IMG/VR virus record: IMGVR_UViG_3300003775_000008
Reading direction: 5' to 3' (one strand)
Source of the DNA: a virus
DNA: 40,765 bases
Shown: piece by piece, positions 26,022 to 34,844 of the stretch
How positions within the stretch are numbered: position 1 is the first letter of the stretch
How the letters are laid out: each line of letters opens with the position of its first letter
Notes under the pieces: model-generated
What the model was told of the DNA's origin: nothing
The model's database searches: none
The model's input: only the letters and a program-made list of their open reading frames with translations
Made by a program: the position numbers and the translations under genes

Positions 26022-26411
26022 TCAAGGCGAAGGCAGTTGCGACTCGATACTCACGACCAATGCGCCAGCTTGACGCGCCTGGTCGGCGTTGAGGCGCCCG
26101 CAGTACAGATCCTTGTTTGACACGTCTCCTGCGTGCGCCTTGTCAGCGTGGCGCTTCAAGATGACGGCATACCACGCGCATCCTACGATCGCCGCAGGCG
26201 GCTGTTCGCGAGCAGCTTCAGACGCCCAGACATACGCGAAATTGCGCATCGCCTGGTAGTCGCCCTTGCGCGCACCGGCTTCGCTTGATTTGAGGCGCCC
26301 CTGGACCGGCGACGAGAGCTGCCGTTCCAGCTTGACCACATCCAGTGGCTGGCTGTGGGCAACCGCCGTCAATACCGAGAGCGCCAGTCCCAAGAAGGCA
26401 TGTGGTTTCAT
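26022..26411 (-). CDS. Secreted small protein (moron), weak Sel1/TPR-like pattern
   Basis: Signal peptide MKPHAFLGLALSVLTAVA-HS. GGGGGAAG RBS. Starts 10 nt after the repressor stop. Confidence 0.6.
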   Translation of the reverse strand: MKPHAFLGLALSVLTAVAHSQPLDVVKLERQLSSPVQGRLKSSEAGARKGDYQAMRNFAYVWASEAAREQPPAAIVGCAWYAVILKRHADKAHAGDVSNKDLYCGRLNADQARQAGALVVSIESQLPSP

Positions 26412-26421
26412 TCTTCCCCCA

Positions 26422-27246
26422 TCAGTTCAGTGTGATGCCCGCCCAACGCGCGCGGCCCAGAATCTCGAAGTCCCGTTCGCCATCGTCATCCGCAGTGATG
26501 TCGAACGGGGGGAATTCCGACTGGTTCTTGCTCGATACGCGAAGCGTTCGCCCAGGCAGGCGTTGAAGGCTCTTGATCAGAAGCGCGCCATCGAGGCGGA
26601 CCATATGAACGCCCTCCGTTGTCGCATCGCGATCTCTTCGATCCAGCATTGCAACATCGCTTGGATGCAGCAGCGGCTCCATCGATCGGCCTCGCACACC
26701 AACCAACGCCAGTTCATTGTGAGAGATGCCTAGCGCGTGGCGGATGTACGTCCGCTCGAAGGGGCGCATGGCCTTAACCAATTCCAGATCGTTGAAGACG
26801 CCTGGACCGGCGCTCGCTGCGATATCGAAGTGCGGAACGTAGATGTAGTCCCCGACCTCGACCGCCAGCAGGGACACGGGCACGGACTCCGCCGCGTAGG
26901 CCCGTGCGGACAGCACTTCTGTGCCGTCTGAGTTTCCAGATTCGAAGCTGCCTTGAGGAAACGGCGAGCCCAGAAGAAGCCATGCGGCAGAAACGTTAGT
27001 TGACTTCGCGATCTTGAGGATCAGGGAAGCATCGGGCACGGCTTTGCCTCGCTCGATCTTGCTCACGGTGTTGCTGTGGACGCCGATGGCATCGGCTAGG
27101 TCTTGCTGAGCGGTCGCCCCGCGTGCCAGCTTCACCCGCGCGCCGATCGCGCTCGCCACGTCCATACCGTCTGTGGCGTCTTCCCCGTCTGCACTCACTC
27201 CTTCGGCATGACGAGGTGCAGCCATTTCACTCTTAATTGTGTCCAT
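26422..27246 (-). CDS. CI/LexA-type repressor (XRE HTH plus S24 peptidase domain)
   Basis: HTH QQDLADAIGVHSNTVSKIERG. S24 motifs VRGRSMEP and LLIKSL. The start is either ATG 27246 (leaderless model) or ATG 27225. Confidence 0.85.
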   Translation of the reverse strand: MDTIKSEMAAPRHAEGVSADGEDATDGMDVASAIGARVKLARGATAQQDLADAIGVHSNTVSKIERGKAVPDASLILKIAKSTNVSAAWLLLGSPFPQGSFESGNSDGTEVLSARAYAAESVPVSLLAVEVGDYIYVPHFDIAASAGPGVFNDLELVKAMRPFERTYIRHALGISHNELALVGVRGRSMEPLLHPSDVAMLDRRDRDATTEGVHMVRLDGALLIKSLQRLPGRTLRVSSKNQSEFPPFDITADDDGERDFEILGRARWAGITLN

Positions 27247-27257
27247 AAACACAATTA
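27234..27257. promoter_or_regulatory. Operator-like perfect palindrome TAATTGTGT-N6-ACACAATTA
   Basis: Read directly. Overlaps the Pc -10 and the repressor ATG 27246. Confidence 0.6.
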
Positions 27258-27282
27258 GATGTTGGCGCCGTATGCCGGTCAA
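27254..27282 (-). promoter_or_regulatory. Candidate repressor promoter Pc: TTGACC-17 nt-TCTAAT
   Basis: -35 at 27282-27277 and -10 at 27259-27254. ATG 27246 begins 7 nt after the -10. Confidence 0.5.
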
Positions 27283-27359
27283 CTGTAAATCCATACATAA
27301 GGTCAACCGTGGAAGCCCTTGGAGTGAGTGTCTAACAAAAAAAGTTGGCTAATGAGCTT

Positions 27360-27386
27360 TTGAATTCACTCCATTGTGTTTATGAT
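27360..27386 (+). promoter_or_regulatory. Candidate early promoter Pe: -10 TATGAT (27381-27386), weak -35 TTGAAT/TTTTGA
   Basis: ATG 27394 begins 7 nt after the -10. No SD precedes any candidate ner start. Confidence 0.4.
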
Positions 27387-27409
27387 GACAATCATGGACA
27401 CACAAATGG
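27371..27409. promoter_or_regulatory. Operator-like inverted repeats over Pe (CCATTGTGT...ACACAAATGG; inner ATGAT-GACA-ATCAT at 27382-27395)
   Basis: Shares TTGTGT/ACACAA half-sites with the palindrome at 27234-27257. Confidence 0.5.
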
Positions 27410-27690
27410 TTGAGTCACCCCAGGACTGGCACCCCGCCGACGTGGTGGCGGCCCTCCGAAAGGTGGGTACATCACTCAACAAGATTGGTAAAGCCAACGG
27501 CTATACACACATTCAAGGGGTTCTCGTTCGCCCTTGGTGGGCGGTGGAACAGCTCGTCGCCGGCGCGCTGCAACTGCCCCCGGCTGAGATCTGGCCATCC
27601 CGCTATGCGCCTGGCGTCTCACGCGAGCACGCAAAGAAGCTGACGCGCAATCGGCGCGCCCTGCGTGAGATCCGTCGGAGGGCCGCGTGA
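27394..27690 (+). CDS. ner: Ner-like DNA-binding regulator
   Basis: DWHPADVVAALRK...EIWPSRY matches Mu Ner. Start uncertain (27376 through 27406). The stop overlaps the transposase GTG (GTGA). Confidence 0.8.
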   Translation: MDTQMVESPQDWHPADVVAALRKVGTSLNKIGKANGYTHIQGVLVRPWWAVEQLVAGALQLPPAEIWPSRYAPGVSREHAKKLTRNRRALREIRRRAA

Positions 27691-29813
27691 CCGCATACGC
27701 CACTGCATCCGACCTGGCCGGGCTGCCCGGCTTCCCCTCATCCGAGTTTCGCGCCCGGGCAGCAGCTGCTCGCCTCGGACTTCCCAGCCGCCCCCGCCCT
27801 GGACGTGGCGGCGGGCTCGAATATGCGGTCGAGGCTTTGCCCCCCGCCGCCCGGCTCGCATGGGCTGCACGCTGTTCCGCGGCGAACGAAGGCCAGATGG
27901 CCTCCACGCAGACCGCGCCCCAAGCGCGCGCATCAGCTTCCCGTGGGCCGGCGCTGGTCACGGGCTGGCGCAAGGACCGCCAGGACGCCATCGCGCGCGT
28001 CCTTGTGCTCTTTCAGCGGTTCTGGCAGGCCTACGGTGGTCCGCTCACACCAGCGCTGAAGGCTTTCTGCCACGCCTGGAGCGGCGGTCTCTGCTCGATC
28101 GACATCCCGGCCGAAGCGTCCCTGCGCGAAGCCTTCCCCCGCATCACCTTCAGCAGCCTGCGCGCCTGGCACCTTGGCGTGCAGGAGAAGGGGCTGGCGG
28201 CGATCACCCCGCGCGAGCATCACCGCAAAGGCCAATACGCCGCGCTGGCCGGCGAGGTCGGCAACGCGATGCTCGCCCTCCTGATCGACAAGCCGCACCT
28301 CTCGGCGCAGACCCTGTACGACGCGCTGGCGACCCAGTTCCCCAACCTTCCCACGGTGCGCTCATTTCGCCGCGCGCTGGGGTACTGGAAATCGCAGAAC
28401 GCCCAGTTGCTCGAGGCAGTCGTCAACCCGGATGGCTGGCGCAACAAGTACATGAGCGCCGCTGGCAGCTACAGCGAGGGCATCACCGCACCCAATCAGA
28501 AGTGGGAGATGGACAGCACGGTGGGCGACGTGATGCTCAACGATGGCCGGCGCCACCACGTGGTCGGCGTGATCGACGTCTTCACGCGCCGCCGCCTGTT
28601 CATCGTCACGCGCACCAGCCGCGCCAACGCGATCATGAGCCTGATCCGCCTGGCGATCCTGGCATGGGGCGTGCCCGAAGAGATCAAGACCGACAACGGT
28701 GCCGACTACGTCGCCGAGGTTCTCGACTCCGCGCTGCTCGGCTTGAACATCAGGCACTCGCTGTGCCACAAGTTCTCTCCGCACGAGAAGCCGCACATCG
28801 AGCGTGCCATCGGCTCGCTGATGCACCAGCTGTTCGAGACCTTGGGCGGATACATCGGCCACAGCGTCGCCGAGCGCAAGGGCATCGAGGCCCGCAAGGG
28901 CTTTGCCGATCGGATCATGAAGGACGAATCCTTCACGGTGGAAATGCGGCTGTCGCCCGAGCAGCTGCAGGGCGAGATCGAGGCGTACTGCAATCACCTG
29001 CTCGACAAGCCGCGCAGCTACCTTTCCGACCGCACGCCTCGCCAGATGGCCACGGGCTTCCCGGTCAAGTCGATCAACGAACGTGCGCTCGACGTGCTGC
29101 TGGCGCCCAGCGCGCACAAGGGCACCGCCCGCGTTGGCAAGAAGGGGCTGAAGATCGGCCGTGGCGGCTTCTACAACCATGCGCTGCTCGGCGGCATGGA
29201 AGGCCAGACCGTCCAGATCAAGATCGACGATTCGAACATTGGCCGCTGCTGGGTGTTCGACCTCGACGGCATCTTCGTCTGCGAGGCCCTTGACTACGCC
29301 CGGCTGGGCATCAACAGCGCCGAGGTCGCGGCCGAGCGCAAGGCGCATCAGGTCAAGGTGCTGCGCGAGTCCAAGAAGCAGCTCAAGGCTCTCACCCGCG
29401 AGTTCGATACGAACGCAGCCATCGCGGCCATCAACCGCCGCAACACCGACGCGGCCGTCGAGGCGTCCAACGTCGTATCGATCCACCGCACGCCGATGGA
29501 GCACACCAGCCCAACCATCGAGTCGATCACGACCGCAGATGCGCCGATGGTCAGCGACGCGCAGATCGCCGCCGCACAGGTCGCGCTCGTCGAACGCCTG
29601 TCAAAGCCGGCGGAAGTGAAGTCTTTGCACGCCACACCGCAGGAGCGCTACGCGCGGTGGCTGCTGCAGGAGGCGCGCGTGCAGCGCGGCGAAGCACTCA
29701 CCCCCGAAGAAAAGAACTGGTTTGAAGGCTACGTGAACGGTGCCGAGTGGGCATCGCAGCGGCGCTATTTCGAGACGTTCGGGCTCACCCCCGAGCAGGT
29801 GCTCGCCGGCTGA
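27687..29813 (+). CDS. Mu-type DDE transposase (MuA-like)
   Basis: 708 aa. N-terminal Mu-type HTH domains. rve core: WEMDST..D, IKTDNG, HEKPHIER. Confidence 0.9.
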   Translation: MTAYATASDLAGLPGFPSSEFRARAAAARLGLPSRPRPGRGGGLEYAVEALPPAARLAWAARCSAANEGQMASTQTAPQARASASRGPALVTGWRKDRQDAIARVLVLFQRFWQAYGGPLTPALKAFCHAWSGGLCSIDIPAEASLREAFPRITFSSLRAWHLGVQEKGLAAITPREHHRKGQYAALAGEVGNAMLALLIDKPHLSAQTLYDALATQFPNLPTVRSFRRALGYWKSQNAQLLEAVVNPDGWRNKYMSAAGSYSEGITAPNQKWEMDSTVGDVMLNDGRRHHVVGVIDVFTRRRLFIVTRTSRANAIMSLIRLAILAWGVPEEIKTDNGADYVAEVLDSALLGLNIRHSLCHKFSPHEKPHIERAIGSLMHQLFETLGGYIGHSVAERKGIEARKGFADRIMKDESFTVEMRLSPEQLQGEIEAYCNHLLDKPRSYLSDRTPRQMATGFPVKSINERALDVLLAPSAHKGTARVGKKGLKIGRGGFYNHALLGGMEGQTVQIKIDDSNIGRCWVFDLDGIFVCEALDYARLGINSAEVAAERKAHQVKVLRESKKQLKALTREFDTNAAIAAINRRNTDAAVEASNVVSIHRTPMEHTSPTIESITTADAPMVSDAQIAAAQVALVERLSKPAEVKSLHATPQERYARWLLQEARVQRGEALTPEEKNWFEGYVNGAEWASQRRYFETFGLTPEQVLAG

Positions 29814-29894
29814 GCGATCAGGCGACGGGCAAAAAAACGCCCGGCAAGGCTGGCAGGCCAAACCGGGCAAGCACATGAAGTGAAGGAACGAAGT

Positions 29895-30635
29895 ATGACA
29901 AAGAAATTGGCAACAGCGGGTGGCGCGATCGCACCGACCAGCAACATCAGCCTCATCCACACCACGATGGAAGCGCTGACGGACCGCTCCGCCGGCCTGC
30001 CGGGCATCGGTGCCTTCTACGGCCCCAGCGGCCTCGGGAAGAGTTCCGGCGCCAGCTACGCCAGCCACCCGGCCGGTTTCAACGGCATCTACGTGTGCTG
30101 CCGCAGCATCGAGACCAAGAAGAGTTTCGCCGAACTGATCTGCAAGTCCATCGGCATTCAGGCGCGAGGAAATGTCCCTGCCATCTTCGACGAGATCGTG
30201 CAGGTGCTCGTGTCCTGCAACCGGCCGTTGATCGTGGACGAGGTCGACTACATCGTTGACACCCGCACCCTGGAATTCATTCGCGACCTGCATGACGCCT
30301 CGGGCGCGGCCGTACTGCTGATCGGTGAAGAGCACCTGCCCACCAAGCTCAAGAAGCACGAGCGCTTCGACAACCGTGTGCTCGTCTGGCAGCCGGCCGT
30401 GCGTTGCACGGGCTCCGACTTCGACCAGCTCGCCATGCAGTACATCGGCGGCATCGAGATCGCGCCCGAACTGAAGAAGCGCGTGCTTCAGGAGACCAAT
30501 GGCATCACGCGACGCGTCGTGGTCAACCTGGAGAACATCAAGCGCTGGTGCGATCGCCAGGGCACCAAGGTTGCGCCGGCCGACGCACAGGTGGAGCTGT
30601 ACACCGGCGCCGCGCCGGGCCGGAGGATCGGCTGA
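29895..30635 (+). CDS. MuB-like AAA+ transposition ATPase
   Basis: Walker A GPSGLGKS and Walker B LIVDEVD. ATG 29895 with AAGGA upstream. Confidence 0.85.
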   Translation: MTKKLATAGGAIAPTSNISLIHTTMEALTDRSAGLPGIGAFYGPSGLGKSSGASYASHPAGFNGIYVCCRSIETKKSFAELICKSIGIQARGNVPAIFDEIVQVLVSCNRPLIVDEVDYIVDTRTLEFIRDLHDASGAAVLLIGEEHLPTKLKKHERFDNRVLVWQPAVRCTGSDFDQLAMQYIGGIEIAPELKKRVLQETNGITRRVVVNLENIKRWCDRQGTKVAPADAQVELYTGAAPGRRIG

Positions 30636-31261
30636 TGGCGCGCCGCCCCATCGAGCACGAGATGGTCGGCCTGCAGACGCCACGCGAGCGCGTGTGGCGC
30701 GCCATCCGCAAGCTGCGCACCTTCACGATGCTGCAGGTGCAGGACGCCACCGACCCGCTGGTGCCGGTCCATGCATGCGAGTCCTATGTGACCTGGCTGG
30801 TGACGGCCGGATACCTGGGCGTCGCGGAAGCGCACCGGACCAGGCGCGACAACGGCAAGTACTCCGAGCAGACCTATCGGCTGCTCAAGGACAGCTTCGA
30901 GGCTCCCCGCGTGACTCGCGCGGGCGAGCCCGTCTCGCAGGGCATGGCCACGCTCGCGATGTGGCGCGCGATGAAGATCCTGCGCGAGTTCGACTGGGAG
31001 GACGTCTGCCGGGCGGCGAGCACGCAGACCTTTCAGGTCGCGCCGACCACCGCGTCGACCTACGTGCGCTTCCTGGCTCGCGCGGGCTACTTCCGCGAGC
31101 TGCGCAAGCCCAAGCCCGGTACGCCCGGCCGGTACCGCCTGGTGCGTGACACGGGAGCGCACGCGCCTGCGATCACACGCCGCAAAACGGTCTTCGACCG
31201 CAACACGGGCGAGTTCACCTGGCAGCAGACCCCGCAGGAGGTGTGCGATGGCATCGAGTAA
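30635..31261 (+). CDS. Early protein with an internal tandem duplication (two winged-helix-like halves)
   Basis: The halves share WRA.K.LR.F...V...YV..L..AGY....YRL..D...AP..T. ATGA overlap with MuB. Confidence 0.6.
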   Translation: MARRPIEHEMVGLQTPRERVWRAIRKLRTFTMLQVQDATDPLVPVHACESYVTWLVTAGYLGVAEAHRTRRDNGKYSEQTYRLLKDSFEAPRVTRAGEPVSQGMATLAMWRAMKILREFDWEDVCRAASTQTFQVAPTTASTYVRFLARAGYFRELRKPKPGTPGRYRLVRDTGAHAPAITRRKTVFDRNTGEFTWQQTPQEVCDGIE

Positions 31262-31610
31262 GACGCCGCCGGCCAAGCCGCTGCCCACCGACGCGCTGGA
31301 GGCCCTGCAGAAGCTCTGCAGCGCGACCACCCAGGCAGCGGTCGCCCGGCGCCTCGGCGTGAGCGATGCGGCCGTCAGCGGGGCTCTCAAGGGCCGCTAC
31401 ATCGGCAACGTCGAGCGCCTGGCCGAGCGAATCCGCGGCGAGCTGCTCAACGCGGTGGTGGCGTGCCCGGTGCTGGGCTCCATCACCACGCGGATCTGCC
31501 AGGACGAGCGCGAGAAGCCTTTTCACACCGCCAACCCGATGCGGGTGCAGCTCTGGCGCGCTTGCAAGGGCTGTCCCAACAACCCGGCGAACTTCAAGGG
31601 AGGCAAGTGA
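31248..31610 (+). CDS. HTH DNA-binding early protein with a C-terminal Cys cluster
   Basis: QAAVARRLGVSDAAVSGALKG HTH. CPVLG..C....C.GC. GGAGG before the ATG. Confidence 0.6.
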   Translation: MASSKTPPAKPLPTDALEALQKLCSATTQAAVARRLGVSDAAVSGALKGRYIGNVERLAERIRGELLNAVVACPVLGSITTRICQDEREKPFHTANPMRVQLWRACKGCPNNPANFKGGK

Positions 31611-31777
31611 TGGCTTCGCGTTACGACCGCCCGCCGATGCCGTGGATTCGACGCCGTGCGCGCAGGCTGATGCGCCTGCCCGACGCACCGCGTCACGACG
31701 CGGTCCAGGCTGCTGCGACTGACTACCGCCTCTTCGTTGGCCGAGGCTCGGCCGCAACCGCAAGGAGACCCGCATGA
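31610..31777 (+). CDS. Hypothetical small Arg-rich protein
   Basis: 55 aa. ATGA-type overlaps at both ends are the only support. Confidence 0.35.
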   Translation: MASRYDRPPMPWIRRRARRLMRLPDAPRHDAVQAAATDYRLFVGRGSAATARRPA

Positions 31778-32043
31778 ACCTCATGACCCGTTTGTTTGCC
31801 GACGCGCGCAGTGCACGGCGCCTGCGCGCTGCACGCGCCGAGATCCGCCGCACCGACCGTGCCCTGGCCAAACGCTTCCGCCAAGACAACCCCGGCTACG
31901 ACGATCTGTTGGACCCGCTGTTCATCGTGATCATGGTGCTCGCTGTGCTCGTGATCGTGCTGGACGTGCGTGGCGAAGGCGATGTCTCCTTCATCCTGAC
32001 CTGGTTGCGTGCTGTCGCGTCAGCGGTGGGGAGCTGGGCATGA
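31774..32043 (+). CDS. Hypothetical small membrane protein
   Basis: One TM segment, LFIVIMVLAVLVIVL. Coupled starts and stops. Confidence 0.5.
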   Translation: MNLMTRLFADARSARRLRAARAEIRRTDRALAKRFRQDNPGYDDLLDPLFIVIMVLAVLVIVLDVRGEGDVSFILTWLRAVASAVGSWA

Positions 32044-32555
32044 GCACTACCGCGACCAACGCCCGCCGGCCGCACCTGACCAGCCCGACCCAGCGCGCCA
32101 TCGTGCAGTACCTGCAGATGCATGGAGAGTGCTCGAAGGACGAACTGACAGCGGCGTTGCAGCGGTTCTCGACCTGGCGCATCACGGCCGACAGCGAGCC
32201 CGGCGCGCACAGGAACTGGATGACCGATCACCTCGGCCGGCTGCGCGCGCAAGGCTACGTCTGCAAGCGCACCAACGAAGCCGGCGAGGTGGTGTGGTTC
32301 GTCGGCACCGAGCCGGTGGAAGGCGTGGTGTCTGTCCCCGAGTTTCAGCCGCCACCCACGGTTGCCGCACCACGCCACATCGACGTGATGTTCGGTGCGG
32401 TCTATCAGCCCGCCATGTCGGCGCCAGCGCGCGCCGGTGCAGCGGCCTACACGCAGATCCCAAGCCTGGTCGGCGGCCGGCGCGTCGCGTACCGCGCTCC
32501 GGTGTCCGAGCAGATCCACGCCATCCCCAGCTCCCAGGAGGAACCCTCGCAATGA
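32040..32555 (+). CDS. Hypothetical early protein (N-terminal winged-helix-like)
   Basis: 171 aa. QRAIVQYLQMHGECSKDELTAAL. Confidence 0.5.
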   Translation: MSTTATNARRPHLTSPTQRAIVQYLQMHGECSKDELTAALQRFSTWRITADSEPGAHRNWMTDHLGRLRAQGYVCKRTNEAGEVVWFVGTEPVEGVVSVPEFQPPPTVAAPRHIDVMFGAVYQPAMSAPARAGAAAYTQIPSLVGGRRVAYRAPVSEQIHAIPSSQEEPSQ

Positions 32556-33067
32556 AGACCATCGTGTTCACCGACCGTGCCAACCCTATGCCAGGAAAGC
32601 GGATCGATGAAATCTCCACGCTTTTGCATGAGCTGCTGAAGCGGTCTGAGGCCAATGATCCCGACGTGGCGCTCAACGCGCTGCTCGGCGCCTACGTCAA
32701 CCTGGCACTGAAGACCAACCGGCTGCGCGGGGCCGCGAAAGCGATGCAGCAAGCCTCGGCGATCGCGCAGCAGGTCGCAAAGTCAAGCGAGGCAGAGGCG
32801 TCGCCCGGGGCGCAGCGCGACCCCATTCACGCTCCCGAGCTGGATGCTGGATTCGTCGATGCGACGAACGGGTTGATGGATCAGGTGGAAATGCTCTTCA
32901 CGGGCAAGCCGCTCGACGTGGTGCAGACCGCGCTCCTCAATCTCTTTATGTACGTCGCGCGGCACAACCCCGCATGCACCGCCGTCAGCGCACAAGCCGC
33001 GCTCAGGGCATCCCAGGCGCTCACGGCGACCGCGACCAAGGCGGAACCTGGTGCAACGGTGCACTGA
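32552..33067 (+). CDS. Hypothetical early protein
   Basis: 171 aa. ATGA overlap with the upstream gene. Confidence 0.5.
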   Translation: MKTIVFTDRANPMPGKRIDEISTLLHELLKRSEANDPDVALNALLGAYVNLALKTNRLRGAAKAMQQASAIAQQVAKSSEAEASPGAQRDPIHAPELDAGFVDATNGLMDQVEMLFTGKPLDVVQTALLNLFMYVARHNPACTAVSAQAALRASQALTATATKAEPGATVH

Positions 33068-33076
33068 GGGCTCACC

Positions 33077-33421
33077 ATGATGCAGATCACCTCCGCCCAG
33101 GTGCTGGCCGAGCTGCAGCACCACATCGGCAAGGCGAACGGAATCCACGTTCGTGAGCTGGTGCAACGCATCACGGGCCAGCTCGCAAACCCCGACATGT
33201 TCCAGCGGCAAGTGCGCGACATCGTGGTCGAGCTGCGCAAGCAGGGCCTTCACATCTGCGCCACGCCCGCTGCCGGCTACTTCATGGCCGAGAGCGCAGA
33301 GGAACTGATCGAGACGTGCGTCTTCCTCTACGACCGCGCGATGACCACCCTGGTGCAGATCAGCGCGATGCAGGGCGTCTCGCTGCCCGACCTGCGTGGG
33401 CAGCTGCGCCTTCCCACCTGA
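33077..33421 (+). CDS. Hypothetical early protein (winged-helix-like)
   Basis: 114 aa. IHVRELVQRITG...RDIVVELRKQGLHIC. Confidence 0.5.
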   Translation: MMQITSAQVLAELQHHIGKANGIHVRELVQRITGQLANPDMFQRQVRDIVVELRKQGLHICATPAAGYFMAESAEELIETCVFLYDRAMTTLVQISAMQGVSLPDLRGQLRLPT

Positions 33422-33445
33422 CCACTTTTTCACCTGGAGATCCAT

Positions 33446-34063
33446 ATGACCGAGAAGACCATTCACCCCGGCTACTGGGAAGACGCCAATGGTGCGCTGA
33501 TCCCGACCAGCAAGATCAAGGAGATCGACAAGGACCGCCACCGTGTGGTGACCCAGCTCGTCGAGCAGGCCAAGGTCGAGAGTTCGCGACTGATGGCCTT
33601 CAAGACCACGGCCATGCAGGACGTGAACGATTTCATCGAGCGCAGCCTGAAGGCCTACGACGTCAAGCACGGGGGCAAGAAGGGCAACGTCACCCTGATC
33701 AGCTTCGACGGCCGTTTCAAGATCGTGCGTCAGATGCAGGAGTCGATCGTGTTCGACGAGCGCCTGCAGGCGGCCAAGGCACTGATCGACGAGTGCATCC
33801 AGACCTGGAGCAAGGGCAGCAGCCTCAACCTCAGGGTGCTGGTCAACGATGCCTTCCAGGTCGACCAGCAGGGCAAGATCAGCACGGGCCGCGTGCTCGG
33901 TCTGCGCCGCCACGACATCGACGACGAGAAGTGGGTGCTGGCGATGAAGGCGATCAACGACAGCATGCAGGTCGCCAGCACCAAGCCCTACATCCGCTTC
34001 TACGAGCGCGATGACCGCTCAGGCGACTACTTCCCTGTCAGCCTGGATGTGGCGGCCGTATGA
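33446..34063 (+). CDS. DUF3164-family Mu-like early protein
   Basis: KGNVTLISFDG, AKALIDECI, LRRHDIDDEKW and YIRFYER match my recollection of DUF3164. GGAGA RBS. Confidence 0.65.
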   Translation: MTEKTIHPGYWEDANGALIPTSKIKEIDKDRHRVVTQLVEQAKVESSRLMAFKTTAMQDVNDFIERSLKAYDVKHGGKKGNVTLISFDGRFKIVRQMQESIVFDERLQAAKALIDECIQTWSKGSSLNLRVLVNDAFQVDQQGKISTGRVLGLRRHDIDDEKWVLAMKAINDSMQVASTKPYIRFYERDDRSGDYFPVSLDVAAV

Positions 34064-34617
34064 GCACCCTCTACACCCCCACGAAGGGCACGCTGCCCTG
34101 GAAGGTGATCGAGTTCCTGACCACCAACCCTGCCGAGACGCTGACCGTCGACGACATCAGCGTCAAGTTCGACGCGCCGGTGCGCGGCCTGCCGGCGTTG
34201 CTCACGCCGGCCGTCGAGTCGGGCGCCCTGGTGCGGCTCGAAGACGCCGAGGAAGACGAGATGGTTTATCGCCTCGGCAAGGGTCACCCGCAGATCAAGG
34301 CCCGCCCGAGCATCCATCCCAGTCTGGGCCCGGTGGGTACCGCGCTGACGGAGAAGAAGAAGCGTCATCGAATCTTCATCGACACGTCGAAGATTGAGAT
34401 CAAGTCGGGCGTTCCGATCCCTCAACGTGCCGCGAACGGACGCACGGACTGGACGGCGCTGTTCGATCGCATGAAGAAAGACGACTGCGCCGAGCTGCCG
34501 ATGTCTTCGCGCGGAACGATCCAGAAGTGCGTCAACGAGTATTCGAAGGCCACCAGCAAGGCGTTCACGATCCGCCGCATCGACGACGAGACGCTGGGCC
34601 TTTGGAGGGTGACGTGA
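34060..34617 (+). CDS. Hypothetical early protein
   Basis: 185 aa, coupled to its neighbours. Confidence 0.5.
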   Translation: MSTLYTPTKGTLPWKVIEFLTTNPAETLTVDDISVKFDAPVRGLPALLTPAVESGALVRLEDAEEDEMVYRLGKGHPQIKARPSIHPSLGPVGTALTEKKKRHRIFIDTSKIEIKSGVPIPQRAANGRTDWTALFDRMKKDDCAELPMSSRGTIQKCVNEYSKATSKAFTIRRIDDETLGLWRVT

Positions 34618-34844
34618 TGGCCGCCACGACCGTCGAAGCCCAGGTGCGCTACAGCTCGGGCGCCTATGTCACCAGCACCGTGCGCGGGCGGCGCTGCAGC
34701 TGCACGCACAGCGCCGCAGAAGCCGCGAAGCGGTTGGGCGAGAAGATCTTCGGTGGCGGCTTTCAGCGCGTTGAAGAGCTGGAAGTTGCCCGCGCGGAAG
34801 CCGGCACGTCCGCCTGGCGGATCCACGGCGAGGAGGCTGCGTAG
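34617..34844 (+). CDS. Hypothetical small early protein
   Basis: 75 aa. TGATG overlap with the upstream gene. Confidence 0.45.
   Translation: MAATTVEAQVRYSSGAYVTSTVRGRRCSCTHSAAEAAKRLGEKIFGGGFQRVEELEVARAEAGTSAWRIHGEEAA

Noticed and set aside
29826-29843. Weak hairpin CGGGC-N8-GCCCG with an A7 loop between the transposase and MuB genes
   Set aside because: It has only a 5-bp stem and no T run on the coding strand, which is too weak to call a terminator or attenuator.
28362-30683. Long - strand ORFs 28362-29504 and 29601-30683
   Set aside because: They are antisense to the transposase and MuB genes, whose catalytic motifs fix the coding strand.
32783-33913. 376-aa - strand ORF
   Set aside because: It is antisense to four translationally coupled early genes including DUF3164, and has no RBS or motif.
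33446-34063. Possible Mu Gam (host-nuclease inhibitor)
   Set aside because: The sequence does not resemble Mu Gam as I recall it. It fits DUF3164 instead.
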